A DNA stretch of 64,000 nucleotides from NCBI RefSeq assembly GCF_001194135.2, contig NC_068987.1:16134301-16198300 (forward strand), read 5' to 3'. Shown here one piece after another: positions 1 through 13,221 of this stretch. Below the pieces are notes generated by a model. That model had not been told where the DNA came from, did no database searches, and saw only the letters and a list, made by a program, of their open reading frames with translations. This DNA comes from Octopus bimaculoides (taxonomy: Eukaryota). The position numbers and the translations under genes are program-made. The stretch's first letter is position 1; each line of letters opens with the position of its first letter.

Positions 1-34
1 CGACTTATCCTCTCCCCTCAAATCAGTCCAGAGT

Positions 35-250
35 AAAGACAACGAGCTGGTAGAACCATAAGAACATCGGAAGAAATCTATTGCGGATCTGACGTTTTAC
101 TTTCAAGTTTCTCATCCGGCCAAAGTTAACTGTGCCTTTCAACCCATCCGGGGGCTAAAAAAATAGTGCCGACGAAGTGTTGGGGTTGATGGCTTCAACT
201 TAACTTCTTCCCTTAAAATTGCTATTGTGCCTAAATTAGAAACTCGTCTA
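35..250 (+). mobile_element. Decayed tRNA-derived SINE, family B (CORE-like, (ATT)n tail)
   Basis: Head gagctggtagaa, body aactgtgcctttcaacccatccggggg..aaaa, tail ttgtgcctaaattagaaac; aligns by eye with intact family B copies such as 11305-11525. Confidence 0.6.
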
Positions 251-1377
251 TTATGCAAAACTAGTTCTCAAGGAAGAAAATATTTGTGAATTTTTATTTT
301 GTACCCTGCTCTTTAATAACGAGAAAGCAAAATAGTTTACATCCATATAACTTCTCTCTTCCACATGTTGGACAAATACAAGTTTAAAACCATCTTTGTA
401 TTATTAACCATAGCAATTTGTGCCCCTTTTTTTTTTCAATATTCACAGCGCCCTACCCTTGTAAGAAACATTACAATGCAGCCCCATATCGTCTCAGACG
501 TATAAAAAACTGTCACTCAGCGGAGGCTTAACTGCCTTTGATCGTGGGCCTCTGTAACAACAACAATACGGATTTTTATAGAAACGTAGTCGATATTATC
601 AATGATTCGTGAAAGAAATAGTATCCATAATGAGTTAAGACAACATAGGCTGAGGGTTTCATTGCAAACATGTTAAGGAAATAAATGAGGAAAGAGCTTC
701 GGGAAGTTTTCGCGGGTCCATTTTTAAATATTAGCTCCGCCTTTTCAGTGTCCATGACAAATGATGCATGACGTCACGGCTACTGGTTGAGGTGATTCCG
801 TCATCCGGGTAACTCTGACTCAGAGCAGTAAGGAGGGGGAAGAAAGGGGGGAGGGGCAATACCTGAGACGCACACACATACACATCAACGGCAACACTTG
901 CATACATACACACGCATAAAGCGCTTCATACATAGACACACTCACACGTACGAATAAAGCGCCACACACGCACAACTATGCATAAAGTGCTACACATATA
1001 CAGACACAAAGTGCTATACTCACATACATACAGACACTCATACACATAAAATGCTACACTCACACATACATATACACACTCACACATTAACGTCTACGTG
1101 CAGTCACAAAAGTATGTGACAATAGAAATGACAAGCCAAACGAAGTACCTTCCAACTGCTAGAAATAACAGTTGAATCTCCTAAACAAAAATCACACTCA
1201 CCCTTCTTAAAAACAGAAAGGAAACGTTGGGTAATAATATCAATGTAATCATAAATAACCCTGTAATCGATGGGATAGACACGGTTGGAATGCCTCTAAT
1301 CATATGTCTGCTCGATCCAACAAAAATGCAGCAGTCCACTTACACACACACACACACACACACGCGCGCATATATTG

Positions 1378-1645
1378 ATAGATAATGTAGAGGAAACAGT
1401 GTGGAAGACCGTCGTGTTTATGTATGTGTGTGTCTGTATTTGTCCCCTACCGCTTGACAACCAGTGTTGGTTTATTTACGTCCCCATGAATTAGCGGTTC
1501 GGCAAAGTGTCCAATAAAATAAGTATTAGACTAAAAAAAAAAAAAGTACTGGGGTCGATTTGTTTGATTAGACTCCTTCAAAGTGGTGCCTTCAGCATGG
1601 CTATAGTCCAGTGACTGAAGAAAAAAAAACCAAGTGAAAGAAAAA
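1378..1645 (+). mobile_element. SINE family A, 3' half
   Basis: cgcttgacaacc..tttacgtcccc..ttagcggttcggcaaa..ctggggtcgatttg..cagcatggc..gactgaa, the same tail as 43765-44170. Confidence 0.8.
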
Positions 1646-2879
1646 CACACACACACAATCATATTATATACAAAGGACAATATAAACGAAACGAAATCTG
1701 CACGTACATATCACAACGAACACACACACACACGATATGATGGTGTATAGCGAAGTGTAAAACATTCAATGACACAGACACAAGGAAAGTTATATACACA
1801 GAGAAGAATATACGTACTAAATAGACTGTAGTACGATGTGTGTAAGTATGTGCATGGAGGAGGTGATCTGTTGACTGCCGACGACACATTTCCCTGACAC
1901 ACATATACCCACACAGCGACTCATTGTTATATACACGCACATATACATACTGAATAGTTAGTGTGTGTGTGTAAGTAATTATATATGTGGGGTTTGAAGC
2001 TGTTGACTGCTAACACATTTGCCTGATATATATATATACCCACACAACTATTAATCGTTACATACATGCACGCACAAAGATAAAAAAAGCTTATATATAT
2101 AAATAAGCTCACACACACAAACAAAAGAAAACTCTCACACACAGAGCTCTCTATCCCTCTCTTACACACACAAAAGTTCAATATACATGATAAAGCTCAC
2201 ACACACACACACACACACAGCTCTTTACCTCTTCGTCTCTCTCTCTACACACGATAAATCTCACACACACGTACACAAATAAAACGCATACACACACATA
2301 CACAAACAAAACGCATATACACACATAAACAAAATCTCTCACACATACACACGACAAAGCTCTCTCTCTCACACATATACACAAAGAAAAAGCCCCCTCT
2401 CTCTCTCTCTCACACACACATTAAATACATAAAGTGTATATGTGTGTGTGTAAGTAAATTATATGTCTGAGAGGGGGTGTTGAAGCTGTTGACTGCCGAC
2501 ACTGACATAATTATTACAGACACACATACTAATCCACACTCATATATACACTCACAGACTAAGGGCACACAGCAAGTCGACAGTTGCGGGCAGAGGCAGT
2601 TGAAACAAACTTTTTTTCTTTAACATTGCCATAAGTGAGAGAGATTTTGTGAGGACAACCTGCTTGCTTTTTACCAAACGTGGCCAGCCGAGCACTCGAA
2701 ACCAAACATATATTACTGTATGTATATATAGACAGGTTAGTTAAACGTGATTATTTTTTTTATAATACACACAGCATGCACGTGTGGTTGTGTTTTGTTT
2801 TTCTTATAAATTTGTACATGCATGCACGTATATATGTAATGGATGTGTGTATGTAATATATGCACGCATGTGTATATAT

Positions 2880-2981
2880 ATGCATTATGTGTATGTTTGT
2901 GTATATATATATATATATGCATTATGTGTATGTTTGTATATATATATATATATATATATATGCATGCATTATGTGTATGTT

Positions 2982-3015
<34 letters not shown>

Positions 3016-3050
3016 TGCATTATGTGTATGTTTGTATATATATGCATGAG
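2880..3050. repeat. Minisatellite: tgcattatgtgtatgtttg + variable (TA)n, about 4 units
   Basis: Unit directly visible four times. Confidence 0.85.
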
Positions 3051-3138
3051 TATATATACCCCTGCCTACTCATTCACCCCTTTATTTGTTTTTGTAATAA
3101 GCTTATTGTTTGATACGCTCACTTCATATATTCATGTG

Positions 3139-3179
<41 letters not shown>

Positions 3180-3789
3180 TATACGTGAGTGTGTATACAT
3201 TCACTATAAAATATTCCATTTATGTTTTGATAACTATGGTGCTAAGAGTTTTGCATGCTAAGTCGTGTATTTCTGTTAATCTGCAGTGTATGTGCATTCA
3301 ACACAGGTACTATACACACACACATAAGTGGGAACTTTATTGTTTCAAACTCATAAAATATGAAAATTAAATTATATTCCTATCAATAATATATTGTGTG
3401 TGAAGATGGTAACAATTAAATACCTCTTTATGATTTTGGCAACTTTACAGGGTTACAAAGAAAACCTATTTCTCATATAAAAAGTTGTCAAAGAGAGTAC
3501 AAAGTTTGTTGTGAATGTCACAAAAGTTGTCATGTACTCTAGATTTGGTTTCTTATTTCCCTTCTGCAAGAATAAAAGGAAAGTTTTAATTTTCAGTATT
3601 TCTTCTTTGAAGTTTGTATGGGCAGCTACCACCAAAATGTAACATTGTCAGGTAAAAGTACTTTCTCTTTAGTGTTAAAACCAAGTAGTTTCGATTGGAT
3701 GAATGGTAAATTAAGAGAATTTATAGTAAAACTTCGTAGTTGCAAAAACTTCACTGTGTATATATATGTATGTATGTGTGTGTGGCTAT

Positions 3790-4060
3790 ATATAATACAC
3801 ATACTCACATACAGATATATGCATATACAAAACATATATAATACACATACACTCACATATATAATACAGATATATGCATATACAAAACGTTTATATATAA
3901 TACACATACACTCAGATATATGCATATACAAAACATGCAGATATATGCATATACAAAACATATAATACACTCATAGATATATGCATATACAAAACATTGT
4001 ATATGTATATGCATATATATAATATACATACTCGCATACAGATATATGCATATACAGAAC
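3790..4060. repeat. AT-rich minisatellite with core cagatatatgcatatacaaaac, about 6 imperfect units
   Basis: Core recurs at irregular spacing; followed by (CA)n. Confidence 0.8.
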
Positions 4061-4062
4061 GT

Positions 4063-4120
<58 letters not shown>

Positions 4121-6747
4121 CGAGCACATAAGTGCAAAACAAGGTGGAAAAAATAGTACTCGAATACCAAAGGTATTCGCAACTGTCCGACGAACGGGAA
4201 CGTGAAACTCTGAGTAAATAAATAGTCTTGTGATAATCTTGCAGCATTAATGTGTGTGTGTGTATGTGTGATGCACACAGCATTCAGTGACGATATTTTA
4301 CACAACTAACTCTCCACGATTCCGCCTCTACATTGTCAAGCTGACCTATTATCATAGGCATTTCGGTGACCATCACCATTCCTTGATCGAAGTCCTAACC
4401 TCAAATATCACCTTTTCAATTTAACTTGCACGACATTAACGTGTTCCCTTTCGTAAGATTGTAAAGGTGTGATTTAAGAGAGATTTGGTTACTATTTCTA
4501 GCACATCAAATAACTACGCTATCTTCTGTTTCTTCATTAACTGGTTTAGTTTATATTTTGAATTCAAATCACACCAAGAAAAGCTTTGCATCTCATTCTT
4601 CGAGACACAAATATATTTCCTATAGAACTTGAGTCATACCTACGCAAGTGTGTTCTCCTTCGACTTTGTTTCCTCATAACTTTCAGAAAAATGAGTATTT
4701 TAATGAAATTTTCTGAAAATACATTTCAAATAATCACGATTATATTGGAATTTAATGTGAAAAAAAAAGTTGGGTGCGTACAGCACGCACACACACGCAC
4801 GCACGCACGCACGCACGCACGCGAAATGAAATTTGGAAAAATATTATGTGATGTGTGTTAGTATGTATGTGTTCGCGCCTATCATTTCCTTTTGCCTCGC
4901 ACTAAATTCTGGTGTAATCTACACCATCTGAAAGGTATTTGCAGAAAATTTCATTAAAAAGTACCCATTTTTTAAAAAGTTATGAGGAAACAAAGTCGGG
5001 GTGGGGAGCACACTTGTGTAGGTGTGCTAAATTTGAATCAGTCAGTTTTGCGTTCTTCATTATGGTTCCATTATCTCCAAAACCACATTCGTATAATGGC
5101 AACAAACGGATAGTAATTACATTGTCATCACTCTGCCTGTTAGAAATAGAAGCCAAATCTCAAATCACATTCTACCTGTATAAGATAGAATAAGGATTAA
5201 AAAAAAAGAAAAAAGAATGGAGAACATATTAGATAATGTAGTCCTGGGTAAAATGTCTGAAAAGACGGAGTGGTCAAGGTTTAGAATGCTTTTGTCATAG
5301 ATCTGCTCTATCGGGTTCGATCTAGGGCTACCCGATAATACATAATATTAAATCTATAAAGCCAACTAGGGAGCTGTAATGTGGTCCCGACCTGCTAGAA
5401 ATAGCAACCTAATCTCTCGCAAAAGATTACGCTGGATAATTGTGAATTTAGATAAAACATAGGAAGAAATTATCGAAGTTGGTGCTTATTCTGAAACTCC
5501 TCCGCAGAAGGTGTCTTTAAAAAGAACAAAACCCCAAACAAGAGCTATCCTGATCAACGTTTGAAACCTATGGTCATAGGTCTACTTGAGCAAAGTTGTC
5601 CTGGGCTAAACGATAACAACATCTACAGTATAGCATATTCATTCAGTTCATGTCACCCACGCCTATCGTATCTCCATATAATTTCTCCTAAATATACATC
5701 TATATACGTATACCCTGTCACATATAAATATACACGCTCTACATATCACTTTACACATGTATGTACACGGTATAGCATCGCTCCATGTAATCTTTTCATT
5801 ACATACATGCTTATATTTTCACATCTCACGTATACCTAAACATGTTTACATGTGCGAGGGTGGCCTCTCCGTGATCGCTCGCTCGGTTAGAAATAGAAGC
5901 CAAATTCTCTGTTTTTCATCCCCACCGTTTTAGAATAGAGTACTTTGGATTATATGGTCCTGGCTTTCTCGCACATAGGACAAAAAGCAACAAAGCAAAA
6001 CTCGGGGTTGTCACGGTTGGAATGCCCCTGATCATAAGCTTTAATTGATCAGAGCTGACCTGGAGTTAACAACACAGCATGTGCTCATTCATACATACAC
6101 ACATCACATGTCCACATTTTGGAAGATATGTACTCCCTACACACACACACACACAATGTGCACGCACACACATTTACATACATCACGTGCACCCAGTTAT
6201 TCAACACAAAATGTGTACATATATATCTCCCTCTCTCTCTATATTTATATACATATGCACACCACGCTGTTTTGCTATATTATAAAATACAATAATACAG
6301 AATAGTTAGGCGCTAACACACTTTTATATGGCAAACACGATAACCAATCGATCTAGCTACACTATGACTATACCAGCAAAAGTAAACATCGAATATTGCT
6401 TCATTCAACTTTAAGGCAAATCGACCAACAAGGGAGCCTCTATGTGGTCGCTCTATATGCTAGATATAACAACCAAGTCGTCCTCAAACCAAGCACTCAT
6501 AACCTCCGTTTCGAAGTCGGAAGTACGTATTGGAATTCTGTGTAGCCCTCGGTATGCAAAATAAGTGCATGGTCACGGTTGGAACACCCTGCCGTTTCGG
6601 GGGACGTATTGGACTTACGTGCAGTCCTTGATGTACAGAGTGACTGAATGGTCAAGACTGGAATTCCTTTCATCATACGTATGTTCCTAATCGGGCCTAA
6701 CATACGCCTAATAAACAGCTACAGGTACAACATTGATTGGCGGAGAC

Positions 6748-7132
6748 GGACTATATGTAATCTGAACCTCCCCCCCCCCTTATTTATTAATTTTTTTTTT
6801 ACGGAATCCCACGTTTTAGACTATGGAGATTCCGATTCTGAATTAAAATTGTTTGAAAAATTTCAATTCCCCCCCCCACCAAGCAGGCTATTTACATGCT
6901 AGAAATAACAGCCAAATCTCACAAAACTAGTGTTAGGGTTAGGGTCAGGGTTAGGGTTTGAGTTAGGGTTAGGTTTACCCTGTGGATCTATATAAGGGGC
7001 GGGGGCGGGAATCGAAATTTTGAAATTGAGATTTTTGAAAATTTTATTTCAGAATCGGAATCTCCTTAGCCTAAAACGTGGGATTCCGTAAAAAAAAAAG
7101 GGGGGGGGGAAGGTTCAGATTACATATAGTCC
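6748..7132. mobile_element. Foldback MITE with ~125-bp TIRs and internal (TTAGGG)-like repeats
   Basis: Termini ggactatatgtaatctgaacc / ggttcagattacatatagtcc; further matching blocks ttacggaatcccacgttttag / ctaaaacgtgggattccgtaa and ggagattccgattctgaa / ttcagaatcggaatctcc. Confidence 0.8.
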
Positions 7133-7711
7133 ATATGGACCGTCACCTTGGTCAACACGCTCTATATTAAATAAATATTAAATTTACTTCAATAATTAAA
7201 TGAACTAGAGGCACCTGTACGTTAGTATAAATGATACAAGTTTATTAATACTGTGCCGTGTAAGGTACCAGTTAACTAATACTGGCGGCCGCGGTAATTT
7301 GAAGTTTTTACTTGTACAATTAGTACGGATTATAAGATGTTCCGGAGTATCGGTGTTGTACGATAGCCATCTATAGATTTCTTCTCCTCTCTCATATTAC
7401 CTGTGCACAACCACGGTAGCAATAAACACACCTATAACGATTAGGCACAAAGCCACACCTTTCCGTCTAGGATATATACTCGATTAGGTAGATTGTCAAC
7501 ATTTAGCGTTTATTGTATAGGTATTATTTTCACGAAACGCCCTGTTCTTTTTTCCTCTCTCTCTTTCTCGACGAACGACTAACGTCTTTTACTCCTGTAT
7601 GTTGTGTTGATCGATCCAAGTACCAGAATGAATAGGTAATAACTTTTATTGACTGCAGAAAGTTGAGTGATAAAATTGCTTCCTGTACTCCAAACGGCTG
7701 TTATGTTGAGG

Positions 7712-8052
7712 CCCAGGCGTGGCTGTGTGGTTAAGAAGCTTGCTTCCCAGTCTTGTCGCTATGAGTTCAGTCCCACCGCTTGGCATTTTGGGCAAATGTC
7801 TTCAATTATAGCGCTTTGCCGACCAAGGCCTTGTGACTGGATTTCGTGTGTGCGCGCGTCTTTGTTTGTCCTTCACACTGCTTGACAACAGGTATCAGTT
7901 TGTTTATATCCCCGTAAATTAGCAGTTCGACTAAAAAGACTGAAAGACAAAGTACCATGCTTTCAAAATATGCGTACTGAAGTCGATTTTTTGACCAAAT
8001 CCTTCAAGTTGTACCAGCATGGCTACAGTCTACTTATTGAAACAAATAAAAC
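7712..8052 (+). mobile_element. SINE family A, near full length
   Basis: tRNA-like head (ggcgtggctgtgtggttaagaagcttgc..gagttcagtccc), ttgggcaaatgtc core, family A tail. Confidence 0.85.
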
Positions 8053-8086
8053 AATATATGTGTACATATATATATATATTCTTTTA

Positions 8087-8442
8087 TTTGTTTGTCATTT
8101 GACTGCGGCCATGCTGGAGCACCGCCTTCAGTTGAACAGATTTACTCTTTGTAAGCCTAGTACTTATTCTATCGGTTTCTTTTGCAGAACCGCTAAGTTA
8201 CAGGGACGTAAACACACCAACATTCGGTTGTCAAGCAGTGGTGGTGGGGGGAAACACAGACACACAAACGTATATATACCGCTGGCTTCTTTCAAGTTCT
8301 ATCCACCAATTCCACTCACAAAGCTTTGGGTCATCCTGAGGCTATTGTAGAAGACACTTGCATAAGGTACTACGCAGTGGGACTGAACCCAGAACCATGT
8401 GGCTGGTAAGCAAGCTACTTACCACACAGCCACTCCTGTGCC
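8087..8442 (-). mobile_element. SINE family A, full length, tail-to-tail with 7712-8052
   Basis: Reverse complement of family A consensus (tcatttgactgcggccatgctggagcaccgcc ... accacacagccactcctg). Confidence 0.9.
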
Positions 8443-8875
8443 TATATATATATATATATATATAGTGATGTTCATTGTTAGAACACTTACCATGGCCCTG
8501 CTCAATGATGGCTGGCTCAGGGCTAAAAGAACAGCAGCATTATAGAGATTTCTAACACTGCAATCTCAGTATTTCTGTTTCCTATAACAGTAATAACATT
8601 AACACTGATCATTCTGCTCTTCTATTTCGGTCTCTTTACCGTACCAGTTATGCTGTTTCCAAAGTATCTTTCTAACTAATCTGTCTAAGTATTTCTAAAA
8701 TACTAACCTAACAAGTCGATCTACTACTGTTACAGCTTTAGGCTGATATAGAGAAAACTACAATAACAAACACTGACAGAAGCTACAATATCAACAAACA
8801 AAAAAAGTGTTAATGTTTCAGAAAACTTGTGTGTTTGTTCATCTTCCTCTCCCTCTTTCTTCCCTTCTCTCTCTC

Positions 8876-8912
<37 letters not shown>

Positions 8913-9099
8913 GTATATATTGAGTGAGAGATAATTAGGAGTAGATATGACTTTGTTGTGAAGAAATTCACTTTGGAACCATGTAGTTTTAGGTTCAGTC
9001 CCTCTGCACAGCATCTTGAGTATGTGTCTTCTATAGCCATGGGCTAACCCATGCTTTCTTAGTGAATTTGGTTGAAGGAAATTGCAGGAAGCTCATTCC

Positions 9100-9130
<31 letters not shown>

Positions 9131-9529
9131 GACAGACAGACACACAAATATGTATGTATGTATTAATTATTGAATAACGGACAGGAATTAGAAAATCAAC
9201 TTCATTAGCTTACAGCTGTTTCTGCTGTATTTATGTGTGTATATTAATTTACATATGATCATTAAATAGCAAAAAAACTTGGAAAGGTTGGTTGAAAAGC
9301 TTGTTACTAACTCCAAACAAAATGCTACAAAAGGCAGTGGATTGACTCAGAATCTTTACAACACAGATAGAATACTTTGTGATATTTACTTCCAGCCTTT
9401 GACTTTCTGAGTTCAAATCCCATTAACATCAACTTCACCTTTTCAGCTCAATTTTTCAAGCAGTACTAGATTTACCTATAGGCTTGGCTGGCTGAAGCAT
9501 GGACCTCAAAATCTGTCACAGGGAGCCAC

Positions 9530-9980
9530 TGACACAGGAGCCAGTCAGTGGCCCTGGCAATGATCACGCTCGAATGGTGCTTCTAACGTTCCACTGGCAC
9601 AGGTGCCTATAGGCGGTACTATCATTGGCCACGACAACGATTTCACTTGCCTCAACAGGTCTTCACAAGCATAGTTTATTGTCCAATGATTGAAGGGTAC
9701 TCTTAAATGGGCTGGTTATGCTGCACAGGCATAGGCCACGGTTATGGTCTCACTTGGCTTGCTGGGTCTTCTCAAGCACAGCATATCACCAAAGGTCTCG
9801 GTCACTTGTCATTGCCTCAGTGAGGTCCAATGTTCGAAGGTCGTGCTTCACCACATCTTCTTGGGTCTACCTCTTCCACAGGTTCTCTCAACTGCTAGGG
9901 GGTGACACTTTTTCACACAGCTGTCCTCATCCATTTGCAGCATACACACATCTCAATGACAGGCTTCTTTCCATTTCTGT
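9530..9980 (-). mobile_element. RTE LINE 3' fragment (ORF C-terminus plus start of 3' UTR)
   Basis: Minus strand reads MDEDSCVKKC..CGRGRPKK..VVKHDLRTLDLTEAMTSDRDLW, typical RTE RT C-terminus; 9530-9725 is homologous to 31486-31700. Confidence 0.8.
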
Positions 9981-11029
9981 TTTTTTTAAATTCCCTCTCA
10001 TAAGGGTTTAGTTGGCCTGGGGCTACAATAGAAGTCACTTACCCAAGATGCCATGCAATGGGGGACTGATCTTGAGATCACATGGTTGGAAAGAAAGCAT
10101 CTTAACCACATGGCAACACCTGTGCTGAGATTTCATTGATTTAACTGGGGAAGAAAGTTTTGAATATCTCACTACTTAATGTCTTTCTTATATTTCATTC
10201 CATTCCACCATTTGTTGAAGATTCAACAAGATCTACTTGTTGAAGATTCAACAGATTATGTTGGTTTTAGGTCTGTCTAAACTGATTGTGGATTGGACAG
10301 TTTACCTCTGTTAGGGTGAAAAAGTCTTGGACAGAATTTGAATTCAGAATGCAAAGAACCAGAACAGATACTACATGGCTTGTCCGATACTCATACAATT
10401 GTGCTTATCCATCCTCCTGGGTCAGTATTTTATTTACCAAGCTTGAAAGGATAAAAAGCAAAGTTGACCTCTGAGATTTTGGTGCAATGTTGTAAAGCAT
10501 TCAATCCAATGGTTTCATGATCCTGTTTATTCACTTTCTCTTTGGTTGATCTGGGGCTATAGAAGATACTTGCCCAAACATAGTCTTTAGTTCAGTCCCA
10601 CTATGTGTGTGACACCTTAGGCAGGTTTCTTCTCAGCCCTGAGCTGACCAAAGCTTTCTGTAGACAAACTGAAGGAAGCTTGTTTGATTTATATATATAT
10701 ATATATTTCTCAAATTGAATTGGGTATGGAAACAATTGTAGGTTTTATGAGTTTGATATTGTTTGGAATTGAATATATATATATATATATANNNNNNNNN
10801 NNNNNNNNNNNNNNNNNNNNNNNNNNNNNNNNNNNNNNNNNNNNNNNNNNNNNNNNNNNNNNNNNNNNNNNNNNNNNNNNNNNNNNNNNNNNNNNNNNNN
10901 NNNNNNNNNNNNNNNNNNNNNNNNNNNNNNNNNNNNNNNNNNNNNNNNNNNNNNNNNNNNNNNNNNNNNNNNNNNNNNNNNNNNNNNNNNNNNNNNNNNN
11001 NNNNNNNNGAGGGGTTTTAGTCAAGCAAA

Positions 11030-11310
11030 TTGACCCCAGGACTTATTTTTTAACTTAGTACTTATTCTATCAGTCTCTTTTGACAAACTGCTTATTTACA
11101 GGGATATATCCCTGTAAATAAGAGCAAACACACACACACACATACACACACACACATATATGACCGGCTTCCTTCAGTTTCTGTCTACCAAATCTACTCA
11201 AAAGGCTTTGGTTAGTCTGAGGCTATAGTTGATAGCACTTGCTTAAGGTGCCTTGCAGTGAGACTGAACCCGGAACCATGTGGCTGGGAAGCAAGCTTCT
11301 TACCACAGGA
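11030..11310 (-). mobile_element. SINE family A
   Basis: gactgaacccggaaccatgtggctgggaagcaagcttc and ttcagtttctgtctaccaaatctactc match family A reverse complement. Confidence 0.85.
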
Positions 11311-11525
11311 GCTGGTAGAAACGTTAGCACACTGGGTGAAATGCTTAGCAGTAGTTTGTCTTTACATTCTGAGTTCAAATTTTGCCGAGGTCAGCTTTGC
11401 CTTTCATCCTTTTGGGGGTGGTGGTGGTGATAAATTAAGTACCATCTGCATACTGGGATCAATCTAATCGATTGGCCCCCTCCCCAAAAATTTCGGGCCT
11501 TGTGCCTAGAGTAAAAAAGAATATT
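11305..11525 (+). mobile_element. SINE family B, full length
   Basis: gagctggtagaaacgttagc..ctgagttcaaattttgccgaggtcagctttgcctttcatcc..gataaattaagtacc..ggccttgtgcctagagt. Confidence 0.9.
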
Positions 11526-12109
11526 TTTATCCTCTTCTTAGTCACCAGGCTCTTCAAGACGCCTAAGATTAATATTTATATTTAGCTATAGGGTGAAAAT
11601 GTGGGCAGGAAGAAAATTCCAGTGGTTGATGTCAGTGGTTCTCAACCATTTTTTGCCTATTGACCCCTCTGATTCCTATTTTACTCTGGGAGGGGGACCC
11701 TAATAGCCTCTCTATGTCTAAAAGCTATTATAATTTTATGATTAAATATTATTAGGAAATGTATAAAAATGTCAGATTGAGAGCTCTGTCAGTGCACACT
11801 ATGATGGTGCAATCCGGAAGCAAGTTTCCAATTTAGGAGAGAAGAGATGGATGAAATCCATAGATGGGCAGTTTAACTAGGAGATTCTTGTTCCAGACAC
11901 AGTCAAGGCTGATGCCAAATGCAGTGAGATTACTTAAGATCAGCTTCTCAAGGGTGTGGAACCACTGGTGAATGAGCTAAAAGAATCCCAGGTCTCCCAT
12001 AAATTTGGGTGTACAGATGTCATACTTGTGGCGTTGAGGAGAAAGTGAGTCTCACCTCAGAACAGAATGTTCAACTTGTGTACTAGTAACAGGTGGGTTC
12101 TAGATTGGA

Positions 12110-12660
12110 TCAAAATTATGCCTCCATTCATCTGCCCACACGGCCTCTGACTAAACACGGAATCCTACATGAAGTGCCTGGAGGAGGTAGTGCTGGCCTG
12201 AGACGCAAGCTGCTGGATGACCCTATGTCTGGCAACAGAAGTCTGCTCCATGCTTCACAAACAGGAGAACCCAGTCATGGCTGTCAGACAATTTCTGTGA
12301 CCACATCACCCTTAACATCTGGCCACCTAACTCCCCACACTGCAACCCCTTTATTATCATGTGTGGGGTGCTGTTGAGCGAGAGACCAACAAAACTCCAT
12401 GTAACACCAAAGATGAACTGAAGGCAAGGATTATGGCAGCATTCACCAACTTAAACAGGAGACCGTCCAGAAGAGTTGAAGGAGATTCTGAATTCGTCTG
12501 GAGGCGGTAGTTGAAGCGAATGGCGATTTTATTGAATACATTTATTCTTAAATATTTCAAGATATTTTTATGTAATTTTGGTAAATATATCTGTTAAAAT
12601 GCGATGTCAATGTTATTTTCATTTTTGCGTAATTTAGACAGTTTATTCACCGCACCCTGT
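12110..12660 (+). pseudogene. maT/DD37D (Tc1-mariner superfamily) transposase fossil, 3' half plus right end
   Basis: Frameshifted frames read MPPFICPHGL*LNTESYMKCLEEVV..YVWQQ.SAPC..WLSDNFCDHITLNIWPPNSP..VWGAVERETNKTPCNTKDELKARIMAAF..EAVVEANGDFIE*; ends caccctgTA. Confidence 0.85.
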
Positions 12661-12959
12661 ATGTGTGTGTGTGGTTTCTAATAAAAACAATGATTGTATA
12701 CAGTGAAAGTTTGTCAATTGTTTCTGTTGTTTAGCTCCAGGTCTGCCCTGGTTAAATATACGGTAAGTTAAACGCGTGGGGGTGTGATTGTAAAAACAAT
12801 TATCAAATATACCTTTTACGAAAGCGTCCTAGTCACACATAGCCCGCATCTTTTCAGATCACTGTATCTAGGGTCTCTGCGATAAGTAGCTTTTGTTTTA
12901 TTTTATGATCTGAGAGAGATTTGGCTGCTATTTCTAGCGCCGAGGCTCCCTCATTGGCT

Positions 12960-13221
12960 CTAGTAATATGAAGTTAGGCGCTGCTTTGCTTGTGTGGGCA
13001 TTTATTCAATATACACACATATATACGCGTTCATTGACATCGCCTAACCAACAACATACAGGTATTGGTTATCCAGAAAGATAGACAGACGTACGTCGAG
13101 ATCCAATGACTGTCTAAACTTTTATACAACTACAACACCAACAACAACATTAAATTTCCGGTTTATGAAACACTGAAAAATACCAATTATTAATTGTCAA
13201 CCTGAATTGTCTCTGCTGTCA
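12960..13221 (+). promoter_or_regulatory. Possible promoter plus non-coding first exon
   Basis: Repeat-poor, relatively CpG-rich; attgg (~13064) and ccaat (~13103), ttccgg (~13156), donor-like cag|GTAAAA near 13222. Confidence 0.2.

Noticed and set aside
3597-3651. Possible 55-nt exon (YFFFEVCMGSYHQNVTLS) and nearby Cys-rich reading LQRKPISHIKSCQREYKVCCECHKSCHVL
   Set aside because: Splice signals only moderate, no recognisable domain, no linked exon
3638-3660. taacattgtcaggtaaaag resembles miR-8/miR-141; tgtcaggtaaaag also at ~13217 and taatactgt at ~7244
   Set aside because: Seed or 3' part mismatched and no complementary 5' arm; better explained as CAG|GTAAAA donor-like sequence or chance
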